Source of the DNA: Tubiluchus corallicola
Lineage: Eukaryota; Animalia; Priapulida
DNA length: 64,000 nt
Reading direction: 5' to 3'
NCBI GenBank assembly: GCA_030141605.1
Contig: JAQGDQ010000250.1
Span: 265,574 to 329,573, forward strand
Both the position numbers and the translations under genes were made by a program. The notes beneath the pieces were generated by a model, which saw nothing but the letters and a program-made list of their open reading frames with translations, was not told the DNA's origin and searched no databases. Of this stretch, positions 1 through 64,000 are shown one piece after another; position 1 is the stretch's first letter, and each line of letters starts with the position of its first letter.

Positions 1-258
1 ATGGATTGGGCATATGCTTAGACTATCTGATGACGTTCCAGTGAAGATAGGTCTTCAACAAGCCATAGAACCTGCTAAAAAACCTGCAGGAAGACAAATG
101 TTAACATACTTAAATTTTGCACAGAAAGATTTAAACATTTCAGCATTGATCCTTAGAAACAAATCCACTTGGGGCATTGCAGCGTGTAGGGAGTCCTGGC
201 ATAGAGAGGTGAGCAGAATCATGTCCCTGGACGTTTGATTCAGTGAAGAAGAAAAGAA
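1..258 (+). mobile_element. 3' end of an RTE-like non-LTR retrotransposon ORF
   Basis: Frame 2 reads WIGHMLRLSDDVPVK...KKPAGRQMLTY...KDL...W..A.CRESW*. This fits the post-RT W-GH--R...GR----W...DL...A-DR--W pattern of RTE-clade ORFs; a gaagaagaa tail follows. Confidence 0.65.
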
Positions 259-1004
259 TACTTTAACGGAAGTGGTGCTGACAAGCCACTGGCGTAGCAG
301 TGTCTAGTTTTTTTGCTGGATTACTGCTGCGTTTACCTGTCTGAAGGCAGATTTCTTTTATTTTAGAATTCTGCCTGCCCAATGTCTACAATAGACGTAA
401 CGGGCGTATGATGATGATGAATACTGCCACTACCATCACAGATAACAGAAGCCTGCTGAAAAACAAACTATATGTACAACACCAAACAGTTTAATATTAA
501 AATGCCTCTACCTTTCTTATAAGGCAAGGCAATAGCTGCATTAACTGATGCCCCAGATAGAGAGTATCACACATTTATGACAGCCAGGTCCCTTATTTAA
601 ATGTTGTCATTAATGTTATGACAAAACATTGCAGATTAATAAGATTTTTGTCAATTTCAAGATCACTATGAATAAACTGACGAATAATTAGTAACACATT
701 CAAAAATCACCAATATCTTGTTAAGTAGAGGTAAAATAACTTTATTACTGCTTAAATTACAAAACTATACAACTTGTACAGAAAGAAAACTGATCATCGT
801 AGCTCAAGCCATTTCGAAAAACAAGAAAGGCTTTGTGTGCATGATTTACCTCAAAAATGATCTCAAATGCTTGAATTTGAAAATGAGATCCTTACAGGAG
901 CATATGTAATTAAAAAGGAATCTACACCAATAAAAAAGACGATTTAACCAAGATGCTAAAAGCCACCTTTGAAAAATTAACAAGTTACAACAAATAAAAA
1001 GTAG

Positions 1005-1010
1005 TTTATT
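1005..1010 (-). promoter_or_regulatory. Candidate polyadenylation signal for USP34
   Basis: AATAAA on the minus strand, followed by a U/GU-rich tract (ctactttttatttgttgtaacttgtt). Alternative signals at 1734-1739 and 742-747. Confidence 0.4.
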
Positions 1011-1315
1011 CTAATCATCTATCTATGAGAAAAGTAAAGTATAAATAAATATTAAACTTATAGATACTGGCAGTTTACGAAGCAATTCTTTCATATACAG
1101 TATACACGTATACAATCACATAATATTTACAATGAAAATTAAGAATGTGACATACAACATACAACATGCACAGGTGTACAGAGCAGTACAGAAAATTATC
1201 AACAGTTTCAGAATAGGCCATAATCAAAGTGAAGAAAAATTTTGCGCTAATTTACTAATACCAATCAGAGGTGGGTACAAGAACAAAACTTGTTCATACT
1301 TTTCTAGCACATATC

Positions 1316-1790
1316 TGGCTGACAATTTCAAAGTACTGAGTTTAATTTCCAGCTAAGTACAGCTTTTGCAGTAACACAATACTCCAAAGCACTATGAGCA
1401 TTGAAATTTGCTTCTTTTAAAAAAAGGTTATTTCAATTCAATGCTGGATAAATCGAAATCAGATCCAACATATCTGAATTTGGCTGACCATTACAAAGTA
1501 ACGAGTTTAATTTCTGGCTAAGTACTGCTTTTACAGTAACACCAGTACTTTAAGGCATTAAGAAGCATTAAAATTTATCACTTTAAAAAACGCTACATTT
1601 CAATTCCATGCTGGATAAATTGAAATTACCTCCAATGTATCAAAATTTGATGTGACAATTAGAAAGTAATGAGTTTAAATTCTGGCTAAGTACGGCTTTT
1701 ACACACAGCTTTAAGTCATTAGTAAAATTAAAATTTATTCATTTCAACTCACACCCAATGTATACAAAATCTGAATTACCTAATTCGGTA
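1316..1790. repeat. Diverged ~166-bp tandem repeat, about 3 copies
   Basis: gagtttaa.ttc..gctaagtac.gctttt recurs at about 1340, 1503 and 1671; atgctggataaat at 1441 and 1608. Confidence 0.8.
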
Positions 1791-2182
1791 CAGAGGGATG
1801 TGGCAATAGAATAAATCGCTGATAAAATTAAATAAGCTTTTAAAGAAACTGAAAAAATACTAGACCTTAGTGAGAAAGTTGAAAATACGGGAAAGATATG
1901 CAGTATCCTGAAGAATGTAAAACTGTATCTGCTGGACATTGAAATCATTCATGAGGAAACCTTTGATCATTTCCACAGTTTTTACCTGATCACTTTTAAA
2001 ACACGTACCAAGTGTAATATCTTATACTTCAAGATCCTTCTCATGTGGAAATCACAATAATAAAATGCTCCTGCCTTTCCAGTAATGATATCTACATCTT
2101 GAATGTGTTTAGAAAACAGTGAAGCCATCAGGGCAAAAGATTCAAGCAGACAACGTCAGCTGACGCACGGCTACAGTATGAG

Positions 2183-62696
<60,514 letters not shown>

Positions 62697-62712
62697 CTGA
62701 AATGTGTCAAAC

Positions 62713-62790
62713 CAAGACGAAGTTATTGTGTGAGTAGAAGCGACGACAGCCATTTCAAGACGAAGTTATTGTGTGAGTAGAAGAGACGAC
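62713..62790. repeat. 43-bp period duplication next to an acceptor
   Basis: caagacgaagttattgtgtgagtagaag.gacgac at 62713 and 62756. Confidence 0.85.
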
Positions 62791-63154
62791 TGTTGTACAA
62801 AAAACACTTTACAACAGCCAATTATGTGAAAATGCCTGGAGCAAGAACTGGATATACAAAAAAAAACACAGTACAATGAAAATACTGCAATCAGAGTATG
62901 AATTTCTCATAAGCAATATCACCATTGCACTTACTTAGCAATATACAGACCCATTTCTATGTTAAACTCAAGAATGTGAGAAATTATGGCAAGCCACAAC
63001 ACTCTCTTTAATGACTTGAGTTTAAAAATAATTATAATGCTGCACAGCAGCACCAAATTCCTTACTAGCTACTGTCAGCCAGGATATTTTCTATACTGAA
63101 AAATTGTTTGCACAATAAATTTTTAATTATCCATATTTGGCAAATAGATGTAAC

Positions 63155-63365
63155 TACACCAAAACTGAATTTATTGCCGACTGGTTTCGAACACACTGTT
63201 AATCGTCAAGGCATCTAAAATTGATGTAAATTGCTAAATTATCAATATAATGGTTTATCATATATCTTTTGACTATCTAAATTCTGGTAAATTTCTTTGT
63301 TTTAGATGCCTTGATAATGAATAGTTTGTTCGAAACCGGACGGCAATAAATTCAATTTTGGTGTA
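63155..63365. mobile_element. Inverted pair of Penelope-like termini with minimal hammerhead-ribozyme motifs
   Basis: Arms 63155-63240 and 63280-63365 are inverted; each reads tgcc-ttgay(g/a)a-t-stemII-gaaac-nn-g(t/a)c-ggca-ataaa. Confidence 0.65.
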
Positions 63366-64000
63366 ATAAATTTTTCGTAGTTTAAATAGTCGGACTGTTG
63401 GGCATAAGTGGTAAGACTAGTAAGTGGTAACAAAGATTAAAGGAAGACAGGATGATTTTCCATATTCTACCCCAGATTCAAGTCGGATAAAAAGTATACA
63501 TTTTAACACAACTAAAACTGCAAAAGCATTTCTGATAATTAAATAATAGATTAAAATCTTAATTAATGGCGCGTGAGCCCAACTATTCACGACATCACAA
63601 ACGAACATAATGTTCAACAGCAAAAATATTCCACAAGCATGTTGAACATGTTTGCGAAGGTGAAAATTAAAGTACAGTGCTAGTGTAAGATATTTAGTGT
63701 GTTGTACTAAAACTAGACAAGTTTTAAGATAAAAATTCAAAATTCAAATATACCGCTGTGCTCACGCATTAGCTGTCGAACATTTTCATCACTAGCATAT
63801 CTGAACTGAGAGGCACAGCACCTGCTTTTTGTGTGAAGCGTTTTCAAAATGCAGGCGCTAGTGCCCGTCTAACTAGCAAAATGCATGTAACAGTGAAGAA
63901 CTAGTGCCATGCAAAATTGAGTTTGTGTGGTAATAATTCTTTCACATTGTCACTTTTGAAAAAAATGGTATGTTCCTTTTCAATATTTTAAAGAGTAGAT

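Overview
AT-rich, intron-dense animal (probably invertebrate) genomic DNA; the taxon cannot be identified from sequence alone. Nearly the whole window is one minus-strand gene, the deubiquitinase USP34 (ubiquitin carboxyl-terminal hydrolase 34). I traced 72 phase-consistent GT-AG coding exons by hand from 62696 down to the TAG stop at 2183-2185 (about 9780 nt, about 3260 codons). The 5' end of the gene lies beyond the window. The introns carry a 5S-rRNA-headed SINE with an RTE-type tail, 3' fragments of several LINE clades (RTE, L2, Rex1, CR1-like, Tx1-like), many MITEs, fold-back hairpins (two with Penelope-type hammerhead motifs), microsatellites and minisatellites. The most unusual observation is that three independent tandem arrays each duplicate a real USP34 splice site. 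They create up to 22 decoy sites whose use would hit an in-frame stop, and one array repeats an AG|GTGAG recursive-splicing-like motif. No prokaryotic system or CRISPR array is present.
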